From Wallemia ichthyophaga EXF-994 (taxonomy: Eukaryota > Fungi > Basidiomycota): a DNA stretch of 32,000 bases. Under the pieces are notes generated by a model. The model saw only the letters and a program-made list of their open reading frames with translations, was not told the origin of the DNA and made no database searches. Positions 1 to 10,088 of this stretch are shown here, piece by piece; within the stretch, counting starts at the first letter, position 1; each line of letters opens with the position of its first letter. Location of the stretch: contig NW_008806280.1 in assembly GCF_000400465.1 (NCBI RefSeq), positions 210,001-242,000 of the forward strand, in the 5' to 3' direction. The translations under genes and the position numbers were made by a program.

Positions 1-2
1 GT

Positions 3-1814
3 AATAAGAGACCTGGTGCTTTTGCCATCTACCTTGAGCCATGGCACCCTGACGTCTTTGAGTTCTTGGATTTGCGTAAAAACCACGGTAAGGAAGAAGT
101 CAGAGCCCGTGATTTATTCTATGCTTTATGGATACCAGACTTGTTCATGCAACGTGTTCAAGAGAACGGTGACTGGCCTTTGTTCTGCCCACACGAAGCA
201 CCTGGCTTACATGAGGTTTGGGGTAAAGAATTTGAGCAACTCTTCTTCAAGTACGAGAGAGAAGGTAGATCAAAGAAGGTGGTCAAAGCACAAAAGCTTT
301 GGTACTCTATTCTCGACTCACAAGTCGAGACTGGTGGTCCATTCATGTTATACAAAGATCACGCAAATGCCAAGTCTAACCAACAAAACCTTGGTACAAT
401 CAAGAACTCAAACTTGTGCACAGAGATTATTGAATACTCTGCGCCTGACGAAGTTGCCGTGTGTAACCTCGCTTCGATCGCTTTACCATCATACATCAAA
501 GATCGCAGGTTCGACTTTAAGGAATTGCATAAGGTTACAAAAGTACTTACTCGCAACCTCAACCGTATCATTGATGTGAATTACTATCCAGTAAAGGAGG
601 CTCGTAACTCTAACATGCGCCATCGTCCAATTGGTTTGGGTGTTCAAGGTCTTGCGGATGCATTCCAACTGTTAAGATTTCCTTTCAGCTCAGAAGAAGC
701 AAGGTTACTCAACAAGCAAATATTTGAAACCATCTACCACGCTGCCGTTGAATCATCCACAGAACTTGCTACCGAATTCGGTCCATATGAGACTTATCAA
801 GGCAGTCCAGCTAGCAAGGGACAGTTGCAATATGATTTATGGAATGTTCAACCCACTAATTTATGGGACTGGAATGATTTGAAGCAGAAGGTGGCTCGTT
901 GTGGTTTGAGAAATTCACTTTTAGTCGCACCAATGCCAACAGCTTCAACATCACAAATATTAGGATTCAATGAGTGCTTTGAACCTTATACATCAAATAT
1001 TTACACAAGAAGAGTTTTATCTGGAGAATTCCAGATAGTAAACCCATGGCTGTTGAAGGACTTGTGTGAGTTGGGATTATGGAATGATGGTATGAAGAAC
1101 AAGATTATTGCGCACGGTGGATCAATTCAGAATATCTCAGAAATTCCATATGAGATCAAGGAACTGTACAAGACGGTTTGGGAAATAAGTCAGAAGGTTG
1201 TCATAGATTTGGCTGCTGATAGAGGGGCGTTCATTGATCAAAGTCAGAGTTTGAATGTTCATTTGGCGTCACCAACCCATGCACAGCTAACATCTATGCA
1301 TTTCTATGCTCACAAGAGAGGATTGAAGACTGGTATGTACTACTTGCGCACACGTCCACAATCAGCAGCTATTCAATTCACTGTCGACAAGGAAGCATTA
1401 GATGAGGCGAAGAGTGCACAAAGTGGCAAGTCAACACCAACAAGTGCACCAACACCACCCAATATACTCAATGGAGTTGAAAGAATGAAGTTGGAGGATA
1501 AGAATAGTAGCACGCGCTCGAATGCAGCGAGAAATGTTTCAACGCCAGTAAGAGCAGCCACCATTTCAAGAGCAGTGAGTGGAATTGAGAATACGTCATC
1601 AATCAAGCGCACGCTGTCTTCTCACATTGACATTGAGAATGATGAGAACAACCAACCAAGAGGAGAAGAAATAGTGGCTGGTGAAGAAACGGAAGATGAA
1701 GATGAAATTGATTTTGAGACAGCCAAAGCGAGAATGGAAGCTAAGCAACTCGAGCAAGAGAAGCTTATTTGTAGCATTGAGAACAAGGAAGCGTGTGTGA
1801 TGTGTAGCGGATGA
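3..1814 (+). CDS. RNR1: Ribonucleoside-diphosphate reductase large subunit (class Ia), 5' truncated by the window edge
   Basis: Frame is open from base 3 ([32 protein letters not shown]). Contains NSNLCTEI (catalytic Asn/Cys/Glu), [27 protein letters not shown] (Tyr-Tyr radical relay) and C-terminal CVMCSG (CxxC). Confidence 0.98.
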   Translation, partial: NKRPGAFAIYLEPWHPDVFEFLDLRKNHGKEEVRARDLFYALWIPDLFMQRVQENGDWPLFCPHEAPGLHEVWGKEFEQLFFKYEREGRSKKVVKAQKLWYSILDSQVETGGPFMLYKDHANAKSNQQNLGTIKNSNLCTEIIEYSAPDEVAVCNLASIALPSYIKDRRFDFKELHKVTKVLTRNLNRIIDVNYYPVKEARNSNMRHRPIGLGVQGLADAFQLLRFPFSSEEARLLNKQIFETIYHAAVESSTELATEFGPYETYQGSPASKGQLQYDLWNVQPTNLWDWNDLKQKVARCGLRNSLLVAPMPTASTSQILGFNECFEPYTSNIYTRRVLSGEFQIVNPWLLKDLCELGLWNDGMKNKIIAHGGSIQNISEIPYEIKELYKTVWEISQKVVIDLAADRGAFIDQSQSLNVHLASPTHAQLTSMHFYAHKRGLKTGMYYLRTRPQSAAIQFTVDKEALDEAKSAQSGKSTPTSAPTPPNILNGVERMKLEDKNSSTRSNAARNVSTPVRAATISRAVSGIENTSSIKRTLSSHIDIENDENNQPRGEEIVAGEETEDEDEIDFETAKARMEAKQLEQEKLICSIENKEACVMCSG

Positions 1815-1918
1815 AATTATATATTTTAACGAACTTGAATGTTAATATTTATATTTTACATTTTGTGTCTAGTATTTCCAATACGCCGGTTTAAACGTTG
1901 ATCTGTTTCAACCAAACA

Positions 1919-3064
1919 ATGCAATCGCCGCAATGGAAAATTCATGAGTGAGTTAAATTTACGGCTTTGGATGGTGATTTGATAGTACATTTGTATTTCC
2001 AGCGCCTTGGTTCAAGCCTCCTCGTCACAGCTAACGTAATACAGTTCAACATTGGCTGGCGGTGCAGCGGGCGTGGTGGCAAGCGTGCTTACATGTCCAT
2101 TAGACGTAATAAAAACTAGACTACAAGCTCAAAAGAAGTCCAAAGGACACACGCTGGATGGTGTAATTGGTTGGTTCACCAATTTTGTCGTCGGATTGCG
2201 GTATTTGGCGCTAACATTACGATTTATAGATACGGTAAAGAAAATATCTCATGAACAAGGATACAAAGGTTATTACAAAGGATTGGGTCCGACGATACTT
2301 GGCTATCTTCCAACTTGGGCCATTTACTTTACAGTTTATGACGAGGTCAAGGCTATTCTTTCAAGCAAGCGAGGTGTGTAGACTTTTATATGCTACAATG
2401 CTATTTCTTACTTAGGAATCAAGGTGACCCCGATGGAGTAGATTGGTCAACTCATATGATTGCATCTGCTAGTGCGGGCGCTACAGGCGCAACTCTCACC
2501 AACCCATTGTGGGTGGTAAAAACAAGATTCATGGTGAGATTCTTTGGTTATTTGCGGATTCATTGCTTATTCCTTGCCTAGACTCAGGAGAAGGGAACGA
2601 TACCATATAGACATACTTTACACGCTTTGGAATCCATTTATAAGAATGAAGGGATGAAAGGTTTCTATAAAGGATTGATACCGTCACTGGTCGGAGTGAC
2701 GCACGTAGTAATTCAATTCCCGGTGTACGAAAGACTCAAGTTGAAAATGAAGAAGGCTGATAATGGTGAATTATCTACTATTTCACTTCTCGCCTGCTCT
2801 TCAATATCCAAAATGATGGCATCAGTTTCGACTTATCCACACGAAGTAGTCAGGACGCGACTCCAGGTGGAGAGGAGGTATCACCACGGACTTAATAATA
2901 GAAAGATACTTACAGTCATTAATGACATTTTATCGGAATCAGGATTTAAAGGTTTGTACAAAGGACTATCGGTGACGTTACTTCGAACGGTCCCAAATAG
3001 TGCGATGACATTGTTAGCGTACGAAATGATTATGTCAGAGTTAAGCAAATCAAGGCGAAAGTAA
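1919..3064 (+). CDS. YIA6: Mitochondrial carrier family (SLC25) protein, NAD+ transporter-like, spliced
   Basis: ATG 1919 (MQSPQWKIH). Introns 1948-2044, 2170-2229, ~2374-2423 (boundaries uncertain) and 2536-2582 join the ORF-track pieces. Three carrier signatures: PLDVIKTRLQ, PLWVVKTRFM, PHEVVRTRLQ. LGYLPTWAIYFTVYD resembles Ndt1/Yia6. Family is secure, substrate less so. Confidence 0.85.
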
Positions 3065-3165
3065 TTTATACCACTTGTATTCTAATCTGTTAAATTTTAT
3101 CTGGCACATGACATAGCCCTGTGCCTAAGGATGCGGTGCACCAAACATTTTATTAACCGACAGCG

Positions 3166-3682
3166 ATGAACTTACTCAAAACACTTAGTGTAATTGGATT
3201 GATCGTAGCAGCTAGCGCTGCTCCAGCCGGCTCAGTGAGTATTGCTCGATAAAATGCGGATTGGCCACTGACATGATACAACCCAGTCAGCACAGAATGA
3301 ACATGCAGCTACCGTAGATAAGGTTAGTGGGCACCTATCAAGTGAGGTAGAGCTAAGGCTTATAAAACAATCCTCGCAGAGAGACTTTGGAGACTTTATT
3401 CAAGGCGCTGAAGATACTGGCGAAGATATAAAGGATTTCTTCACCGGAGAAAAGCGTGATTGGATGGATAAAACTTCAGACTTTTTCGACAATATTGGAG
3501 ACGCCTTCACCGGCGATGACGATAAGCAAAAGCGCGATTGGGTTGAGGACGCTTCAAATTTCTTCGATAACATTGGAGACGCCTTCACCGGCGATGACGA
3601 CAAGCAAAAGCGCGATTGGATCGACGATATCGGACAATTCAGTGAGAACGTCAAGGATATGTTCGATGGTGATGATAAGTAG
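3166..3682 (+). CDS. Secreted Kex2-processed repeat protein (KEP-like peptide precursor), 135 aa, 3 exons
   Basis: Exons 3166-3234 (MNLLKTLSVIGLIVAASAAPAGS, signal-peptide-like), 3287-3322 and 3380-3682. Introns GTGAGT..CAG (3235-3286) and GTTAGT..CAG (3323-3379) keep the frame. Four KR sites each precede DF/DW-starting acidic units. Confidence 0.85.
3452..3619 (+). repeat. Coding tandem repeat, 78-bp (26-codon) period, inside the KEP-like gene
   Basis: AAGCG(T/C)GATTGG recurs at 3452, 3530 and 3608. The 48-nt block ATTGGAGACGCCTTCACCGGCGATGACGA(T/C)AAGCAAAAGCGCGATTGG at 3494-3541 and 3572-3619 differs at one base. Confidence 0.95.
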
Positions 3683-3798
3683 AACACAACGGCGGCTTAG
3701 CGGCTTGTAAATAAATTGCACTGTAAAATCATGGGATATGACAATGCTTGGATTTGTATAATTCTTCTGGTTGAACCATCTACACGGTGCTGAGATAG

Positions 3799-5736
3799 AT
3801 GGAAAATACTGTGACAAGCCATTTCAATGTCGATAAGGAGGAATATATTAGACTTGTACTACAATCACTCAAAGACCTTGATTTATCGTGAGCACAGAAT
3901 TCCTCCTATTCTGCTATCACTGACGACCTCATTAGCAGCAGCTTCAATTGCCTATCACAAGAATCCGGCGTGGAGTTGGAATCTGATACCGTCACTCAAT
4001 TACGCTCTTCTATTTTACAAGGCAATTGGTCCACTGCCGTTCATTTAATCGATAAACTCAATGTGGACCACTATGAAGCACTGAATTCAAAGATTATTCT
4101 TAATAAGCAGCATTATCTTGAATCTTTGGAATGCGGCGATGATAAATCCGCTATTAATATCCTCCGACATTCTTTGGTTCCACTAATTCAGTCTGATCCA
4201 TGTCAAGTTCAGTTATTGTCGAGGTTGGTTTGGCTGTTTGATTTGAGCGCCATTTAACTTAGATTCTCAGTTGGCTCATGTGTAGCTCACCCGCAGAATT
4301 ACGTCAAAGAGCCCATTGGGATGGTTCAAATATGACATCACGATCAAAGCTACTCGATAGCTTACAATCTTACATAAAACCTTCAATTATGCTACCACAA
4401 AGCAGACTTTTCAATCTACTCAACCAAGCAAAGCTTTATCAATCACGTAATAACCGTTATAGCAGCATACATGACGAAAATCTAAACTTCTCTCTCTTAA
4501 ATGATTACCATCAGGACAACTCAACGTTCCCAAATTTCAACTCTCTCACTGTCAAAGCACACTTTGATGAAATCTGGCATTGTTGCTTTAGTCACAACGG
4601 TAATTATCTTGCAACGTCATCTCGTGATAAATCTGTTGTCATTTGGGAGGTTGATGTTGTTCGGCAGATCTTCAGAAAGTCTTTGACTATCTTAAATCAT
4701 GACGAAGATATAAGTGCTATCTCTTGGTCTAATGATGATACTATACTCCTCACTGCTGCGGAGGAGACTATATACATTCATCATACTGTAACTGGCAATA
4801 GTATCAACAGCTATCAAGGCGCTCATGAGCATGATGAGACTATCTCAAGCCTATTGTGGGTAAACGATGACTCTAAATTCTACTCAACCGGGCTTGATCA
4901 GAAGGTTATTGAATGGAGTCACAACGGCGCAGTGCTGCACAAGTGGAATGACCTACCCATACGCATAATGGACGCTGCTCTTACACCAGATCAGACAAAG
5001 CTTGTAGTCGCTGGTCCTGACGGTCCTCAGCCGACTGTTGGACAAGATGGCACGTTAAGTTACAATGAGGAGATGCGTCATCTAATGGTGTATGACACTG
5101 AATCAAGAACTTGTTTGTGGTAAGAATGTCTTGGTCTTTTGCTTCATGTCTTGCTTACTTTGATATATTAGGCAAGTCGAGATGAAGAATGAAATATCGT
5201 CTCTCAAAGTATCTTCTGACTCCACCAAAGTAATTGTCAACTACGCGCCTGATGAGATACAAATATGGAGTCTGACAGACCAATGTCTGCTCAAGAAGCT
5301 CTTCGGCCACAAGCAATCTAAACATGTAATTAAGTCGTCTTTTGGAGGGTTGGACGAGGGCTTTGTTTTGAGCGGTAGCGAGGGTTAGAAAGCTGCATTT
5401 GAACTGTCTTTTACTGACTCTATTTCAGATGCTGCCATCTATGTATGGCATCTTCAATCAGGAGAACTCATGGAGATACTCAAAGGACACGAGAAAGGTT
5501 GCGTAAACTCAGTAGCGTGGTCACCGACAATGCCGTTGATATGTTCTGTCGGCGATGATCGCACAATACGTATGTGGTCAACAAGGACATCTTCCAGCAA
5601 GCATACAGAGCTCAACCTGCTAGAAAACGAAGGCGATGAGGGCTCCATGCATGGTATCGAAGGTGGCGTGGAAGTTGACGATGAGGAGGTAGACGAAGCT
5701 ATCGATGAGGTCGATTATCACATAGCTGATCAGTAG
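3799..5736 (+). CDS. GID7: LisH-CTLH-WD40 protein, WDR26/Gid7 subunit of the GID/CTLH E3 ligase, spliced
   Basis: ATG 3799 (MENTVTSHFNVDKEEYIRLVLQSLKDLDL, LisH-like). The intron ending at 3935 rejoins SSFNCLSQESGVELES. Then CTLH (LRSSILQGNW), LPQSRLFNLLNQA, and WD repeats (HFDEIWHCCFSHNGNYLATSSRDKSVVIW; GHEKGCVNSVAWSP). Confidence 0.9.
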
Positions 5737-5939
5737 CAACTATCATCAGTTTGATTATATCCATAAATTACTTATATGCATTTGGTTTGTTGATAAATTA
5801 GATGGCCTTGTGTTCGTTACTCGTAACTTTGAGAATAAAGTCTGCTTTCAATAGTTACCCTTACTCAGTCATAAAAGTACCAAAAATTCAAAGCGATGAT
5901 AAAACTCTGTCAAAGCATTGTTAAATTTCTGAGAGCTTG

Positions 5940-8390
5940 AATATTACTTAACAGCTGTATCCCTTGGATCCTTAAATACTGGATCTGAGACTCATCTCTG
6001 TATATGATAGGGTGATTTGAATGTTAATTTAATACTATCTAAAGCGTTTTGAAGAAATCTATTGAGCTAAATACGCTCAAGGCACCTTGCAAATGACCAA
6101 GTAAGTGAGAAGTCGAATGCAAATAGGATTACTATGAACGATGTCACGCGCTTCATATATAAATAAACAAATATGTCTAGCTGATGAAGACAAGTAGCAC
6201 CCAATCAGCTCAGAATTTCGGCTGTATAAACGTGATTTACGTTCTCCGACAATTAGCGTCCACAGGATTTCATGCTGGCTCCAAGGAGACTTTATTTTTA
6301 TGACCAGTAGTGCATTTCGAAATTTCAAACAATAGGGTTTGACAGGTATTATAGACTGGATTGGAATCTTAGATGTTATGATTTTAGGAACAAATATTTT
6401 TAGATCTTAAATCACACTCACTGCATTATGTCAAATTTAGCTGGACGAGTGTAGAGCAAATTACTTAAGTTATTCATGATAAGGGCATTTGAATTCTTCT
6501 CACACAGGTACTCTGCACATAATGATATCTAAATCTCCCCACTTTGTACTACCGATGATGCTGTAAAAAATACGTCATTGAGCATGGTATTTTCGACTGT
6601 GAGAGGGGAAGCATGGTAAAAAATAATCCTGAGTGTATTAGAGCTACATTTAAGCTATCTAAGAATCTAATAGCACTCTTCAGCCTTCAAACGACGGTAT
6701 GTCCACGAAAGGAAGACGTGATATTGACGCGCTTAACTATAAGTTCAGCGTTGTAATTTGAAGGCGTACTTTTCTTTCGCTTATCAGTCACCAAAAATGC
6801 TGTCAATAATTCCAAACTCCACCTGTTCTTCCCTCCCTAACTGCCTCAATACCCGTATCTGCTGGTACCACTCCTCAGTAGTCATCGCAACTCAATAAGC
6901 TGAAACAATAATTCCTCAATAATACACTAGGAAAGCTCGCTGTCTTGTTGTATGCAAGATACGCTAGGAATTCAAGTTGCGTGATCCTCTTGTTTAGGCA
7001 GCGCAAGAATATACGTCGTCCAAATTTCAGAGACTAATGATGTCAACTCATCAAACGATACCAAGAGAACATACGATATATATCTTATTCTCTTTCCTTC
7101 TGTCAAAGTGTCATATCGCTGACTTTTCTCGTCAACGCTTTCGGTTGTGTGGTCGGATAGTCACTGGTCGCCGGACATTCATTCTGAATCGATAGTGAGT
7201 CATCGTCGGAAAACTTCATGTTCACTTTATTCCATCTGCTCATTCGCTGTACAAACCGTTCCTCAACCCAGCAGTCGAAAACTTAAAAGAATTGCAGTCT
7301 TGTTAATTACGAGATGCCACGAGCCACGCTAATTTTTAACTGTATCTTAACATCATAACTAATATAATTATAATATCTGACATTGCTTAAGTCACTAGTC
7401 TGAATCTGTTAGGTGACAAACCCAATATTAATCCCAAGCCCTTTTTATCGTCACGCTCTCTCTTCGCCGTCTCGTAAACGTCTTTTACCTTCTCCTCGTA
7501 GCCTTATCGGATAAACCTCCAGGACAGATTTCAAGCAGAACACTTTAAAGGTCACGCTATTTTTATATTACATTCTAATTAATTATTATAATGGATGTTA
7601 AATTTACTGTACAAGTCATTTCTCAAGTACAACTCTGAACCTTAACAGTGCCTTAACAAACTTTGTGATGGAATTAAATTGCTAAGATGAGTTATCGATG
7701 TGAAACAAAAACTTTTATAGAAAAGGGGTAATGGTTGCAATGGCCGGAGTCGTCAAAATCCACGTCATGGCTGTATCTTAATTAACAGAATTACCGAACC
7801 CTGCACGCTTCGAAAAAGAAGAATAAAATTGCTTAAAACGATATGCATTATCAAAATACAAAGATAATTATGCAAATATCAGAATGTAATTGGATCCGCT
7901 AGTCCAAATAATTGCGTAAGGTTAAGACAAATTGAACACAGTCCCAAAAAGGTATCCATTTGTCATTGAGTTTTCTAAGATATCTCTGATTAATACGCAC
8001 TCACTATTTATAATAGCAATTTGGTCACGATTCATAAAAACACTGGCACTGAGGAAAGGATAAGATTGAGGAGAAAAGAAAAGTGAACCAAACAGACAGC
8101 CGTTCAGCCATTTGTATGTTAAAAGTCCAGAAATCATGACATAATATTCTAAATCGCAATATCCTTGAAAAACGATAATGTACATGCTCTAGCTACGATG
8201 AAGAGTAAATAGACGTAAAAAGTAAGCCTGATAATTATTTCTGGGCATTTCCATTGCTGGAAAGCAGGTAACGTCTATGTGTTTATCGAAATCGCATTTA
8301 ACCTCCATTTGACATATGAAATGTTCACATTGATTTGATTCAAAATCATAGAGATCCGTGGGTCTGACAATTTATTCGGTTCACTTGAAT
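5940..8390. repeat. Left arm of long inverted repeat (~2.45 kb)
   Basis: Line-by-line comparison shows position x pairs with 18479-x over the whole arm with no indels. Mismatches seen at 5946, 5955, 7277, 7298, 7317 and 8388. The ORF-track pairs 6077/12402, 7147/11332 and 7922/10557 all sum to 18479. Confidence 0.98.
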
Positions 8391-10088
8391 GCTCAATTTT
8401 TATGTTTAAAGCTTCCATTATAATTCAACTTGTGCACTTCAAAAATTGCTTAAATATTCAGTCGAATTGTGGAACAAGCCATGAATGAATAAATTTTACA
8501 CATTAATTCCCAAAAAGGTTGTGAAATTCGATGAGTGACAGATAATTCTGGACATCTGTTTATCGAGAAAAACTGGATCAATCAATTTAAAAATTAAATC
8601 ACCACCCAGTTGAATTAACCGTTACAATATAGAGACATGGCGATCAGTCTTGAGTGATATACAAAGCCTAAATTAGCTTTGAAGAAGTCATATATTTAGA
8701 CAATTTTTGAAGTCAATTTCCAAGACTGCAAAGTTGAAGATTTGTTGATCTAGTACAAAATAGATGTTCTGCAAGAAGCTTCTTTTTCTTGTCAAAGATC
8801 ATTCTAACTGTATGAGCGTGATTAATAATTATGCTTATTGTCAATCTTAGTTAGTACTTTAAACCCGGAAAATTGTCAGTTTGAAGTGACCGTATCTTGA
8901 TTAGATCCGTGTCAGAAGCTCGATTTCGACAAAATAACTTCGAAATCTAACTTGCGCCAAATCATGATAAAAAAAACACATCAATCAATGGCAGATAAAT
9001 TTTTTTAGTCCATATAGATTTCCCTACACATTATATATCACTATAAAACAAAATAGCGCTAGCTTTATTAACCTAAAGTTTTCGATGGCTTATTATATAT
9101 ATTATACAACGATTTACTCTTACAAGTGTCAGTTTTGTGAAGTTTTTTTAAAGTTAGATCAATACTCGTTAGAATAATATTTTAATCGAACATGTTTTAG
9201 TTAGCTTAAGCGTAAGGAGAAGTAACTTCAAGAATAGACACATCAGTAAATGATGACAGCCGATAAAATGAACGAAGCTTGAAAAACTTCAACGTGATAC
9301 TGTTTCATAAGATGGAGAGAATGTGCCGATTAATACCCTATTGGTTTTTCTAACATTTTTTATTGTTACGTTTTTGATCTAATTAATAATATATATCTTT
9401 TAATGGTCGGGTGCAAAATAATCTCTTAAATGAAAGGTCTCCACCTCTATCAATTCATGGCTTCGTCTCAAATTCCATGTTTTATTATCTATGAATATTT
9501 TTCGGAATAAATGCAGTCATTGTTACCTGCATTCTTTAATCTAAATCAATTATTCAGGAAGTTGGAACATCTGTAGTTCTAACATCCGTAAATAAACCCA
9601 TAGTCGTGGCTAGTTTGTGGATGGCATAAAATCTTCGACTAATCCGAAGTACTTAAAAAGCGAAATTGGAAAAAATTTAACATTCACACACAATTTGCTA
9701 AAATGCTAATCATTTTGTCAAATATACTCATTTTGTCCATCCGTTTTATGCAATTATTTGAAGCATGTCCATGTTAAAAATAGTGAGCTGTTGATCGTAA
9801 GTCGATGTTTGGTTATAATCTAGGATGACCTTTTTATAAAACGATGAATGGGCTACAACAAAATAGTATTCTTTTTTAGTTCACAAGTACTACATTGACT
9901 TTCGTAAACATTAGCCTTTGACTTTTTATAACAATTTTTAGCTTCATGATCTTCATAGTGCGCTTTTATTTTCAAATAACATTGTGTTGACATGAACTTG
10001 AGTTAATAATTTCCCCGTGACTCAATCCCTCAGATCTCTTGTTGTGAGATTACACTGTTTCGCTGAGTTTAAAACACATAACATTTTA
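8391..10088. other. Unique AT-rich non-coding spacer (central core) between the inverted arms, 1698 bp
   Basis: No ORF in the track in any frame. Hand count over 8401-10080 gives 523 G+C in 1680 nt (~31% GC). Many short A/T runs. Not self-complementary. Confidence 0.92.

Noticed and set aside
3452-3640. Repeat-spacer pattern resembling a CRISPR array
   Set aside because: Eukaryotic context, in-frame 78-bp period inside a spliced CDS, and the variable parts are homologous to each other.
6077-8185. Three ORFs in the left arm (83, 61, 87 aa) and their mirror copies at 10294-12402 as duplicated genes
   Set aside because: Short, mostly non-ATG starts, no recognisable motifs. They are duplicated only because the DNA is an inverted repeat.
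8922-8947. Small hairpin GATTTCGA-N10-TCGAAATC in the core
   Set aside because: An 8-bp stem is expected by chance in AT-rich DNA of this length, and no second copy was seen.
8391-10088. Invertible mating-type cassette
   Set aside because: No homeodomain, HMG or receptor ORF in the core, and no convincing CAAX-ending pheromone ORF seen on the plus strand (minus strand not fully checked).
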